Assembly: GCF_006345805.1 (NCBI RefSeq)
Contig: NC_043007.1
Location: 14,322,001-14,386,000 of the forward strand
DNA from: Octopus sinensis
Lineage: Eukaryota
Length of the DNA stretch: 64,000 bases
Direction of reading: 5' to 3'
The notes below the pieces were generated by a model. It worked only from the letters and a program-made list of their open reading frames with translations, did not search any database and had not been told where the DNA came from. Positions 13,013 through 25,425 of this stretch are shown here, in pieces. How positions within the stretch are numbered: the first letter of the stretch is position 1; each line of letters opens with the position of its first letter. A program made the translations under genes and the position numbers.

Positions 13013-13967
13013 GCGGCGAGCTGGCAGAAACGTTAACACGTCGAGCGAAATACTTAGCAGTATTTCGTCTGCCGCTACGTTCTGAGTTCAAATTCCGCCG
13101 AGGTTGACTTTGCCTTTCATCCTTTCGTGGTCGATTAAATAAATACCAGTTAGCACTGGGGTCGATGTAATCGACTTAACCCGTTTGTCTGTCCTTGTTT
13201 GTCCCCTCTGTGTTTAGCCCCTTGTGGGTAGTAAAGAAATAGGTATTTCGTCTGTCGTTACGTTCTGAGTTCAAATTCCGCCGAGGTTGACTTTGCCTTT
13301 CATCCTTTCGTGGTCGATTAAATAAATACCAGTTAGGCACTGGGGTCGATGTAATCGACTTAACCCGTTTGTCTGTCCTTGTTTGTCCCCTCTGTGTTTA
13401 GCCCCTTGTGGGTAGTAAAGAAATAGGTATTTCGTCTGTCGTTACGTTCTGAGTTCAAATTCCGCCGAGGTTGACTTTGCCTTTCATCCTTTCGGGGTCG
13501 ATTAAATAAATACCAGTTAGGCACTGGGGTCGATGTAATCGACTTTATCCGTTTGTCTGTCCTTGTTTGTCCCCTCTGTGTTTAGCCCCTTGTGGGTAGT
13601 AAAGAAATAGGTATTTCGTCTGTCGTTACGTTCTGAGTTCAAATTCCGCCGAGGTCGGCTTTGCCTTTCATCCTTTCGGGGTCGATTAAATAAGTACCAG
13701 CTAGGCACTGGGGTTGATGTAATCGACTTAACCCGTTTGTCTGTCCTTGTTTGTCCCCTCTGTGTTTAGCCCCTTGTGGGTAGTAAAGAAATAGGTATTT
13801 CGTCAGCCGTTACGTTCTGAGTTCAAATTCCGCCGAGGTCGACTTTGCTTTTCATCCTTTCGGGGTCGATAAATTAGGTACCAGTTACGCACTGGGGTCG
13901 ATATAATCCGTTTGTTTGTTCTTGTCTGTCCCCTCTGTGTTTAGCCCCATGTAGGCAGTAAAGAAAT
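13013..13967 (+). mobile_element. Family-C SINE pentamer (one full head plus 184-bp units)
   Basis: GTATTTCGTC recurs at 13060, 13243, 13427, 13611 and 13795. B box GAGTTCAAATTCC; CCTTTCATCCTTTCGGGGTCGAT resembles the Meta/MESC-type SINE domain. Confidence 0.9.
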
Positions 13968-15455
13968 ATATATATTTTTGTATACACTGTCCAATGCGTC
14001 CGTCATTCTTCTAGAACAATATGATGCTGATTTAAGGAAATTTTAATAGTATTTCTGGTAAGTTCCCTCGCAACTTTAAGGAACCTGCAGAAAAACAGAG
14101 GAAAGGAAGATGTTTTTATAACTACACCACAAATTGGTGCCAGTTATATACAATATTACTACAATGTGTTAAAGGCTAATAAATCTCAAGGACCTCAATA
14201 AACTGTACTAGAGCGACCCGGTCCAATGCATGCATGTTTACGGGGGCGAAAAGCCATGTAAAATGATCTGACGATGTAATGTCCTTTCTATCTTTTAAGT
14301 GGTCGACGGGAGATTTGGCAGTTATTTCTAGCAGGTCGATCGACCGCGCAGAAGATCCATATTAATTGTTAACGTTACGTTGTGTAATTTATGTTTACAA
14401 TATTTTACTGTAATGGTGTCATGATATTTTAAATATTTTCTAAGTCAAGTACCAGTTTCAATGTTTATTACAGCAATAAATATACGATGTGGTCTTCACC
14501 CTTTGTCCTCCGTCTCTTTTTATTACAGATAGGAATGAAATAGTGCAATAAAGCCCGTTGTTGATTGGCTGTGATCAGCAATTCAAAGACGTTCCATTGA
14601 TGAGCATCCCATCTAACTTTTATTCCTTCTTCCACGTAATATTTACCAGATTGCAGCGTGTCTAGCCATTTTTTAAAAGACAGTAATGTCTAACTGAAAT
14701 GAGGATATTATGCTGCTATTTTTAGCAAGCCGAACGACCACCACTTGGACCAACCTATTGTTTAGCTTCAAGTTGAGATTTGATTAAATGGACCTGTGAT
14801 CAAAGCCTTTCCAGCCACGACCATCATGTATTTCTCTTGAGCATTGAGTATCTGGTGTTTCTCATGTAAAGTGCCCCTCTTTCTTCCGAAGCGATTGGGT
14901 GGTATTTGAGGGACATTTGGCTGCTATTTCTAGCAGGTCAAGTGATAGATTGGTGTTCCGTACAGGCAGTGTTGTGTAATCAATATGAAAAACTGTGTCC
15001 GATAGATCGAATAGACCTATGATCAAAGGCGTTCAAACCACAGACACCACGTCCTTCTCTTGGAGCATTGCGAATCTAGATGCCCATCATTTAATGTATC
15101 CCCTCTCTAGTTACGGCAGCAGTAATTTGAGGGTGGTTTGGCAGCTATTTCTAGCACTGCTTTCTGTGAAGATGATTGGGTGGTATTTGAGGGAGATTTG
15201 GCTGCTATTTCTAGCAGGTCAAGTGATCGCTTGGTGTTCCGTACAGGCAGTGTTGTGGTGAATATGAAAGACTGATAGATCTGAGTTGACCAGGGACTAA
15301 ACAATCCAACAATTATCATACAAACCACCACCCTACAGACACCGGTTACTGTAATACTAGCCACCACACCCACATATCATTCACTATAGTATCTACCATC
15401 ACATTACATAAAACTGGCCACAGTCATACCAATCACCATATAACATACCACTATA

Positions 15456-15670
15456 GAGGAGCTTTTTCCGTCCAGGTTGCGGATCCGTGGAACAAGCTGC
15501 CAGACGAGATGGTGAAGATGCCGACGACCGCTTTGTTCAAAGCCTCCCTGGACCTCAAGTGGCCTGAACTCTTTACATGAACACCACCCTGTACTTAACT
15601 CCATGTCCCCCTACATGGCCTTGCTATTTGCTTTTGAGCCAAATTAACTAACTAACTAACTAACTAACTA
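15456..15670 (+). mobile_element. CR1-clade LINE 3' end
   Basis: GAFSVQVADPWNKLPDEMVKMPTTALFKASLDLKWPELFT* (WNxLP...FKxxLD motif) followed by a (CTAA)n tail. Confidence 0.8.
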
Positions 15671-15974
15671 GCCACTACTATGCTGACCAACTACTGCAGG
15701 ATTTTCATACATTCATATTTTCCAGATGTCCAGGATTCAAGTGTAAAAATCTGTGTTTAGGAAGAATCTTTAAAAATGTCCAAAAGCTCAGAATTTTAGC
15801 TTTCATCACTTGTGTCAGTTCACTACAGCTGTTTCCAACGAATTTCTAATTGATTAATGGGGAAATTATGTCATTAGAAAAAAACCGTTTTCATCAGGTG
15901 AATACTTGAACCAAAACATTCAAAAACATTTAAAAGCCAACAGCACATGCACCCAGTACATATATATCTGTAAC

Positions 15975-16229
15975 TGTAATATGTGACAATTATTCAGTAG
16001 CCATGATAAAACTCTGAGTTTCGGATGCCGAGGTGGAAATCCACGCTTTTTCATAGCATTTTTTCCAATGGCCGGATAACTGAAGAGATGCGGCGTGGAT
16101 TTCCACCCCGACATCCAAAACTCGGAGTTTTATGATGGCTACCGAATAATTGTCACATATTACATTTACAGATAAATTCCTCTATTTACATAATATCGAG
16201 GTCTCTTTCATTCTTTTGTTGTCTTACCA
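15975..16229. mobile_element. Palindromic element, copy 1 (arms 15975-16164 around an asymmetric loop)
   Basis: Inverted arms of ~75 bp; 3' extension GATAAAT...TTACCATTT shared with the copy at 50534. Confidence 0.8.
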
Positions 16230-17143
16230 TTTCTATCAATATGTGTGTGTGTGTGTGTGTCTGTGTGTGTATACATATACATATATAGGTGTAAAAAGGT
16301 TGAATGTAGATTCATCCTTTGATTTGGAGGTTTCCAAAAAAGATTTATAATGTTGATTCTTCATATTTTGCTGGTAGTTTACAGGCGTAAATTAGCAAAG
16401 ATATGAAATTAATACTTGTATATGATGTGTGGTGAATTTATGGAAAGAAGTTCCATAAAACTCATCCATTCAGTTAAGAATGGAGAAGACAAGTTGTTAA
16501 AATATATAAGAGAATTTTAATTCTTGCAGATGACTGTTTCGTATAGAGATATAAAAATAATGCATATTCATGATTGAATTGAATTAGATTGAATTAATTA
16601 AATTAATTTAATTATATATATATCATTGTACTCTTCAGTGCAGGAAGGATAAACAAAATTTCACTGAACTTGAGAAAGAATATAGAAGAAGAATTGAATC
16701 TAGGGGATTCATATTTTTATCCTTGTGAGAAAAGAGATGCGAGTCATATTGGATTGTATGAAACAATCACCTGCAAGAATTAAAAATTTCTTATATATTT
16801 TAATAACTTGTCTTCTTGACGAGTTTTATGAGACTTCTTTCCATAAATTCACCATCGAAATAAAAATCAAATGGAAATTGTAGTTGTGATATCCGTGCTT
16901 GTGGCACATAAAAAGCACCATCCGAACGTGGCCAATGCCAGCGCCGCATCGACTGGCTTCCATGCATGTAAAAAGCACCAACCAATCATGGCCGTTGCCA
17001 GCCTACTCTGGCCCCTGTGCTGGTGGCACGTAAAAAGCACCCACTACACTCACAGAGTGGTTGGCATTAGGAGGGGCATCCAGCTGTAGAAACAATGAGA
17101 GAAATGGCTATGTTGAACTAAATATTTAATTGTAAGTTTTGTA

Positions 17144-18373
17144 TTGAGTCATCCCATAAATAATGCAGTTTTTTCAAAAGTCAAAAGGGGATGGGATAAA
17201 CTACCTGCATCAACTTGCTATAAAAGCAGGTATCAATTTTACCTTGTCCTGATTCTTAGTGCAAGTTTTGAAGAGTGCAGTTTGATTTTAACAGTTATTT
17301 TTTCAAAGCTATAATGGTAGTGACAAAGAAGCATATTAGGCGTGCAATAAAGGCAACAACAAAATGGAAAGTGCAATGAATATTAATGTAGTATATGGGG
17401 ATAGGACAATAAGCATAAGCCAGTGTCGACAGTGGTTCCAGAAATTCTGAGCCGGAAACTACAGCCTAGAAGATGAGCCTCGTCTTGGAAGATCTGTAGA
17501 GCTAGACAAGGATGTCCTGCAAACCCTGGTGGAACAAAATTCCATTGTAACTGTTGAGGAACTAACAGAGAATCTTGGATTTGGTAATTCAACCATTCAG
17601 CAAAAGTTAGCAAATTGGGTCAATGGGTTCCTCACAAACTTTCCGAGTCTAATTGCACACAGAGAGTGAATGTGTGCTCTTCTTTGCTATCATGTCTCAC
17701 AAATGAACCTTTTTTGGACCAAATAGTGACTGGTGATGAGAAATGAGCTCTCTATAAAAATGTCAAGTAGCGAAGACAGTGGGCAGGGAAAGGAGAAACA
17801 ACGGCACTCCAGACTAAAGAAGGTCCTCACCCACGTAAAGTGTTGTTATCTGTTTGGTGGGATATAAAAGGTTTAGCCCACCTTGAACTTTTAAACCTAA
17901 ACCAAATGATAACAAAGGAGATCGACTGAGAGCAGCTTAAGCAACTTAAGTCAGCACTAGAAGAAAAACAACCATCTTTGGTTTCCAGACGAAAGGTGTT
18001 CTTCCATCAGGATAATACTTGACCACAGAGAGCAAGTAAAACATTTCAACAGCTGGAGTAGTTTGAATGGGAAACGATGCCCCACTCACCATATTTGCCG
18101 GACATTGCCCCATCTGATTATCATTTATTCCGCAGTCTTCAAAACCATTTGGATGGAAGAAATATGAATTCTGTAGACAAGGTCAGAACAATACTGGAGA
18201 AGTATAGACAAGTGAATTTTGGAAGAGGGGCCTTGCAAGTCTACCAGATAGATGGAAGAGCACTGCAGAAAATGAAGGAGAGTATATTTTAGATTAAAAA
18301 AGAACTTTGTTTATCTTAATTTTGAAAAATAAAAGAAGTATAAAAAAACTGCATAATATATGGGATAACCCAA
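17144..18373 (+). mobile_element. Full-length mariner (DD34D) transposon with inactivated transposase
   Basis: TA-flanked TIRs TTGAGTCATCCCATAAATAATGCAGTTTTTT / AAAAAACTGCATAATATATGGGATAACCCAA. Motifs WVPHKL, VTGDEK*, HQDN and PYLPDIAPSDYHLF, with 34 residues between the 2nd and 3rd D. Stops and deletions present; ATG at 17314. Confidence 0.95.
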
Positions 18374-18451
18374 TATGTTCCTTTATTAACCCTACCATTC
18401 CCGAAGAGAATTAAAAATAAAATCAGGCACAAATGGATGAAACTAAATATT

Positions 18452-18618
18452 TTAAATATCATCTGGCTGGCTTTTGGATGTCTTTAGTGGATTCCGTTCT
18501 GATGCAAGCATTTGAGCCAGGTTTCTAATTTGGGAGTACCATTCTCCTTCCCCACCCCTCCGTCCCATCACTCTTGGAGGGCCTCCAAAGGCACAGGGAC
18601 ACTGCAGTTCCCTTCTGA
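18452..18618 (-). CDS. Candidate phase-1 terminal exon (VRRELQCPCAFGG...SQPDDI*)
   Basis: Strong acceptor cttctattttttatcttttag|, GC-richer than its flanks, open in the phase matching the THAP donor. No recognisable homology. Confidence 0.2.
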
Positions 18619-19899
18619 CTAAAAGATAAAAAATAGAAGAGTAACAACCTATATCATTTCTGATGATCATAATCGTTTCTGCTCTTGGCACAAGGCCAGC
18701 AATTTTAAGGGGATAAGGATGCCAATTTCATCAGCCCTAGTATTCAACTGGTACTTATTCTATCGATCTCAAAAGGACGAAAATGCAAAATTGTCATCAG
18801 CAAAATTTGAACTTCTAATCTGGATGGTTAGTGTTAGTAATGAGTAGTAACCAGCTTCAATGAAGAGTATTCAGTTAGTCAATCAACTGAACTACCTGCT
18901 CATTGGAATAATCTGTAACTGAACATTCCACAGACACATGTCCTAAATGTAATTCTCAGGTGACCTCAGCATGTGACTATGCTGGACATCAGCATTGAAA
19001 GTACAATCTAATGTGATCTGCTTCAGCACAGTTTCCATCTACCTAATTTCACTCAGAAAGCTGAAGTTGACCCAACACTATGGTAAAAAATGGTGAATTG
19101 ACAAGTCATTAAAGGGTTGGACGGAAGGCCTTACAGTATTTTGAGGTGGCGAGTTGATAGAAACATTAGCACACCAGGCAAAATGCTTAGCAGTATTTCA
19201 TCTGCCGCTACGTTCTGAGTTCAAATTCCACCGAAGTCGACTTTGCCTTTCATCCTTTCGGGGTCAATTAAATAAGTACCAGTTATGCACTGGGGTCGAT
19301 ATAATTGACTTAATCCGTTTGTCTGTCCTCTCTGTGTTTAGCCCCTTGTGGGTAGTAAAGAAATAGGCATTTCATCTGCCGCCACGTTCTGAATTCAAAT
19401 TCCGCCGAAGTCGACTTTACCTTTCATCCTTTCGGAGTCGATTAAATAAGTACCAGTTATGCACTGGTGTCGATATAATCGACTTAATCCGTTTGTCTGT
19501 CCTTGCTTGTCCTCTCTGTGTGTAACCCCTTGTGGGTAGTAAAGAAATAAGAAGGCCTTGCAGTATTTGTTCCAACTCTGCACTCTGAGTTCAAATATAA
19601 CTGCAGTCAACTTTCCCTTTTATCCTTCAGGGTTGATAAATAAAGCATCAACCAAGTACTGAGGCCAATTTGTCAACATCTCAGCTTTCTTCAGATGGAC
19701 TTACCCAGGTCAAAAACAGCCCGAGACAAACCGCATATCACAATGGCACTGTAACAACTTCATCGGTTGAAGGCTCAAGACAGGGCAAAGCAATGTTAAA
19801 AGACGCTTAGGCAAGATGCCACATGATGGCATCAAGTTGAAGACCTTATAATTGCAACACAAAATTCTTAACCATTCATCCGTACTGATTTAAGAAGTG

Positions 19900-20400
19900 A
19901 AGTCTGTGAGGAATGAAGATTTGCTGATGTCAAGGGCAACAACTTTGCTAATGCCAAAACTATTATTGGTGTGGTATAATGGCTTCAAGGAATGACATGA
20001 CGTATAAACAAACTACATGTGAGTCAGGCAGTCGTATATCTGGCAGCTTATATATTGCAATGTAAATTAGTCAGGGAGACAAATTGAATATATTGATGAC
20101 AACAGGATCTCACATCAAGAGCGATGTTATTGGAATTTATTGACCAAAGATGTATCTAATAACAGTTGTTAGTACAATAAGCTGTCTTGGTGGTTGTAGT
20201 GATGAAGTAGGTGGATGGAAGGGAAACAAGATGGTTTTACCAGCAGAAACATGGTTTACTGAGTTGTTGTAGTACTTTGTGGTGAGGATATTTAGCTAGA
20301 GTAAAGGTAGAGGAGGTAGCGGATATGAATGAAAATGAGGCAGATTTACCTATAGAAGTACTTTGTCATGGAGATGACAATGGACCAAGATACCTGGCAA
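19900..20400 (-). mobile_element. Highly degraded LINE reverse-transcriptase remnant
   Basis: SKVVALDISKS resembles the RT motif ALDISKAFD; many stops nearby. Confidence 0.45.
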
Positions 20401-22940
20401 TATTAGGTTCTTCTCCCTTGGCACCTGTGCAGGTGGCACATAAAAAGCACCCACTACACTCACGGAGTGGTTGGCGTTAGGAAGAGCATCCAGCTGTAGA
20501 AACGTTGCCAGATCAGACTGGAGCCTGGGGCAGCCTCCTGGCTTCCCAGACCCCAGTCAAACCATCCAATCCATGCCAGCATGGAAAACAGGCGTTAAAC
20601 GATGATGATGATGATGATGTACATTCTGACCCTCGTACCTTGAAGGTATGCCCTAGCATTTCACCACTTGGCTGGCAAAAGTGAGTAATTCTGCGATGGG
20701 CTGGTGGGGGAATACATACGCCACTGAAATCAGGAAACTGGCCCTTATAAGCCTGGCATGGCTCAAGAAGGAAACTTTACCTTTACCTTTATGCCAGCAT
20801 GGAAAACAGGCATTAAAGGATGATGATGATGATGATAATGATGTTAATGATGATGCTCCAGTCCATTCACCTGGCAAAAATGAGTAATCATGTAACAGAT
20901 CAGCATCCAGTCCAGTTGGGGAGTATGTGTGCCACTGAAATCCGGGAAACTGACCCTTATGAGTCAGCATGACTCGAGGAGGTAACTTTATCTTTATCTT
21001 ACACCAGCATGGTAAACAGGCATTAAAGATGATGACGATGGTGATGATGATGAAGTATTATTGGGTTATTCAGTGGTTACTTAATCCAAGGCCAACACTG
21101 ATCCACTTACTCCGGGGTCAAAGACTTTTCACTTGTAACCTCCCTGTTTTTTTAATCTCTTTTATACTAGACATTATCCAACGTGGTACCCTTCCCTTTT
21201 TTTTTTTCAGCAGATGTTAATTTGAGTGCAGCCTGGCTGTTATTTCTAGCAGGTTAACATTAGCGTCTCCTTTATCAGTTGTGGGTTGTTGTAATCCTTT
21301 ATTTGTGTATCCGTGCACTTGTTTCAGTCATTTGACTGTGGGCCATGCTGGAGCACCACCTTTAGTCAAACAAACTGACCCCAGGACTTATTCTTTGTAA
21401 GCCTAGTACTTATTCTATCAGTCTCTTTTACCAAACTGCTAAGTTTCATGGACGTAAACACACCAAAATCGGATATCTAGTTATGGTGGGGGTGACAAAA
21501 ACAGACACGCAAACACATACATATACATATATATATATATATATATATACATATAATCTTTTACTTGCTTCAGTCATTTGACTGCAGCCATTCTGGAGCA
21601 CAGCCTTTAGTTGAGCTAATCGACCCCAGGATTTAGTCTTTGTAAGCCTAGTACTTATTCTATCGGTCTATTTTGCCAACCGCTAAGTTGCAGGAACATA
21701 AACACACCAACATCGGTTGTCAAGCGATGTTGGGGGGACAAACCCAGACACACAAACATATACACATTCATATACATATTTATACGACAGGTTTTTTTCA
21801 GTTTCCGTCTACCGAATCCACTCACAAGGCTTTGGTCAGCCTGAGGCTATAGTAGAAGACACTTGCCCAAGGCATCATGCAGTGGGACTGAACCCAGAAC
21901 CATGTGGTTGGGAAGCAAGCTCCTTACCACACAGCCACTCCCTGCTCCTTATAAAAATTTTCTCCTTATCCTTTTGTATGAAAAGGATTCTTACAAGAAT
22001 GACATATGTTTGCAGATGTCTGCAAGTGATGACTCACAAATGATGCAGGCTGTGTTTTAACAATACAACAGCAACAGCAGCAGAATCCCATCACCATCAT
22101 TACTCTAACGATCATTTTCCATGCTTGCATGGGTCAGACGGAATTTGTTGAGGCAGACTTTCCCCCAGCTGGTTGCCTTTCCTGATGCAACCCTCATTTT
22201 TGTTTCCAAGCAAAGCAATATTACCCCCATCGCTGGAACATGTTTTCACAGAAGACTGGAAACAAAGGACACTTCTTCTATCTGTGTGGGTGTGTGTTTT
22301 AACATGCGTATGTGAGTACATGTGTGTGTGTGTAATGTATTTCGGTCAATGTATACCGAAGGAAATAAAGGCTTGAGTGGGGAAAACGCACAAACAAACG
22401 GTTGCAATACTCAGTCATTTGACTGCAGCCATGCTGGAGCACCGCCTTTAGTCGAACACATCGATCCCAGGACTTATTCTTTGTAAGCCTAGTACTTATT
22501 CTATTGGTCTCTTTTGCCGAACCACTAAGTTATGGGGATGCAAACACACCAGCATCGGTTGTCAAGCGATGTTGGGGGACAAACACAGACACACATACAT
22601 ATACATATATACATAAGATGGGCTTCTTTCAGTTTCCATCTACCAAATCCACTCAAGGCTTTGGTCGGCCCGAGGCTATAGTAGAAGACAAGTGCAAAGG
22701 TGCCACGCAGTGGGACTGAACCCGGAACCATGCGGTTCGTAAGCAAGCTACTTACCACACTGCCACTCCTACGCCTATGACAACAATATTCATTTATAAG
22801 TATTTGTGCAAAGAGATACAAACACACACACATCATCATCACCTTCATTTAACATCCCATTTTCCATGTCGGCATGGGTTAGAAGGCTCGACTGGAACTG
22901 TAAGCCGGAGCGCTGCACCACATTCTAGTCTGAATTTGAC

Positions 22941-23347
22941 CTGGTAGAAACATTAGCATGCCGGGTGAACTGCTTAGCGGTATTTCGCCTGCCGTTACAT
23001 TCTGAGTTCGAATTCCGCCGAGGTAGACTTTGCCTTTCATCCTTTCAGGGTCGATTAAATAAGTACCAGTTATGCACTGGGGTCGATATAATCAACTTAA
23101 TCTCTTTGTCTGTCCTTGTTTGTCCTCTCTGTGTTTAGCCCCTTGTGGGCAGTAAAGAAATAGGTATTTCGTCTGCCGTTACATTCTGAGTTCAAATTCT
23201 GCCGAGGTCGACTTTACCTTTCATCCTTTCAGGGTCGATAAATTAAGTACCAGTAACACACTGGGGTCGATGTAATCGACTTAATCCCTTTGTCTGTCCT
23301 TGTTTGTCCCCTCTGTGTTTAGCCCCTTGTGGGTAGTAAAGAAATAG
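22941..23347 (+). mobile_element. Family-C SINE dimer
   Basis: Same AAAGAAATAG|GTATTTCGTC junction (~23163). Other multimers at 19145-19551(+), 24432-24866(-) and 44820-45214(-); monomers at 7095-7322(+), 27450-27672(-) and 33010-33220(-). Confidence 0.85.
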
Positions 23348-23645
23348 GTTTCTATGGTTGGATGCTCTTCCTAACACCAACCACCCTGAGAGTGTAGCGG
23401 GTCCCTTTTACGTATCACTGGTACAGGTGCCCTAGTGTGTCATCAGCTTTTACGTGCCACTGGCACAGCAGCTGCTACGTGTCACCAGCACTTGCCACAC
23501 CTACGATTTCACTTGGCTTGATGAATTTTCTAAAGCACAGCAAATTGCCAAAGGTCACAATCACTTGTCATCACTTCCATGAGACTCCACATCCGAAGGT
23601 CAAGCTTCATCACCTCGTCCCATGTCTTCCTGGATCTACCCCTTC
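23347..23645 (-). mobile_element. Family-A RTE 3' fragment including the ORF2 C-terminus
   Basis: GRSRKTWDEVMKLDLRMWSLMEVMTSDCDLWQFAVL, then family-A UTR. Confidence 0.75.
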
Positions 23646-25099
23646 CACACGTTCCCTCCATATAAATAAACACACATAAATAGAACAGGCTTCTTTCAGT
23701 TTCTATTTACTAAATTCATTCAGTGTTTCTGATCTGGCAGAAACACTGCCAGATCAGACTGGGCCTGCTGCAGCCTCCTGGCTTCGCAGACCCCAGTCGA
23801 ACCGTCCCAACTCATGCTAGCATGGAAAGCGGACGTTAAACGATGATGATTCACAAAGATTTGGCTGGCCAGAGCTTTAGTAGAAGACGTTTGCCCCAAA
23901 TTCCACACAGTGGGACTGAACTTGAAATGATGAGGATGGGAAATGAAGTTCTGGACCACACAACCATGACTGAAGCACAGGCATGGTTGTGTGGTCTAGA
24001 ATTATGGATTATGGTTAGTGTGGTTCAAATTATGGGATTACTGACATATCTAAAATGGCAGGGGATAGTTAATAGCCTTCAACTGGGAGAAAGAGGCTGG
24101 ACCTACATCATTGCAGGGCATCACAGGCAACATATGGTCATTGTACATATATACATATATGATGTATCATTGTGGTTCCCCACCACCACCACTGCTTGAG
24201 AACTAGTATTTATGTCCCTGTAACTTAGCAGTTCAGCAAAAGACACTAACAGAATAAGTACCAGGCTTACAAAAATTAAGCATGGTAGTTGATTTGTTAG
24301 ATTTAAACTTTTCGAGACACTGCCCCAGCAAGGCCAGTTTAATGATTGAAACAAGTAAAAGATACTCCATTATCACAGACGTCTCATATGGGAATCATCA
24401 ACCAGCTGTGATTCTAACAGTGGACACCATACCTACTTCTTTACTACCCACAAGGAGCTGAACACAGAGGGGACAAACAAGGACAGACATAGGAATTAAG
24501 TGTGTAACTAGTGTGTTACACTAGTGTGTTACACTAGTGTGTAACTGGTACTTAATTTATCGACACCGAAAGGATAAAAGGCAAAGTCGACCTCGGCAGA
24601 ATTTGAACCTAGAACGTAACAGCAGACGAAATACCTATTTCTTTACTACACACAAGGGGCTAAACACAGAGGGGACAAACAAGGATAGACAAACGGATTA
24701 AGTCGATTACATCGACCCCAGTGCGTAAATGGTCCTTCATCTATCGACCCTGAAAGGATGAAAAGCAAAGTTGACCTCGGCGGAATTTGAACCCAGAACG
24801 TAACGGCAGACGAAATACGGCTAAGCATTTCGCCCGGCGTGCTGACAGTTCTGCCAGCTCGCCACCTTTAACCGTATATATGGACACCATATATGCAAGG
24901 ATCAGATATTGATGATAAATCTGAACTGATTGTACTAATCCATGTTTTCAGCTGTCTCCCTCACCCTTTATGCCTTCCAGTGAAAGGATCCAGTGCAATT
25001 GCATGGCAATGTAGCTAACTTCTTAACCACAGAGTTACACATTTTCATCTTTACACGTATTTTCTAGGTGAAGCACAGAGCTGCAGATGACAGAATTGT

Positions 25100-25425
25100 T
25101 TTTGGAAGCACTCCGTCGGTTACAACGATGAGGGTTCTGGTTGATCCGAATCAACGGAACAGCCTGCTTGTGAAATTAACGTGTAAGTGGCTGAGCACTC
25201 CACAGACACGTGCACCCTTAACGTAGTTCTCGGGGATATTCAGCGTGACACAGAGAGTGACAAGGCCGGCCCCTTGAAATACAGGTACAACAGAAACAGG
25301 AAGTAAGAGTGAGAGAAAGTTGTGGTGAAAGAGTACAGCAGGGATCACCACCATTCCCTGCCGGAGCCTCGTGGAGCTTTTAGGTGTTTTCGCTCAATAA
25401 ACACTCACAACGCCCGGTCTGGGAA
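25100..25425 (-). mobile_element. 5'-truncated family-F SINE
   Basis: 10-bp TSD ACAGAATTGT (25090-25099 and 25426-25435); truncated inside the tRNA head. Confidence 0.85.

Noticed and set aside
19698-19900. Strong minus-strand donor CCTGG|GTAAGT as a THAP exon
   Set aside because: Upstream sequence looks like a decayed SINE head and no clean exon ORF was found.
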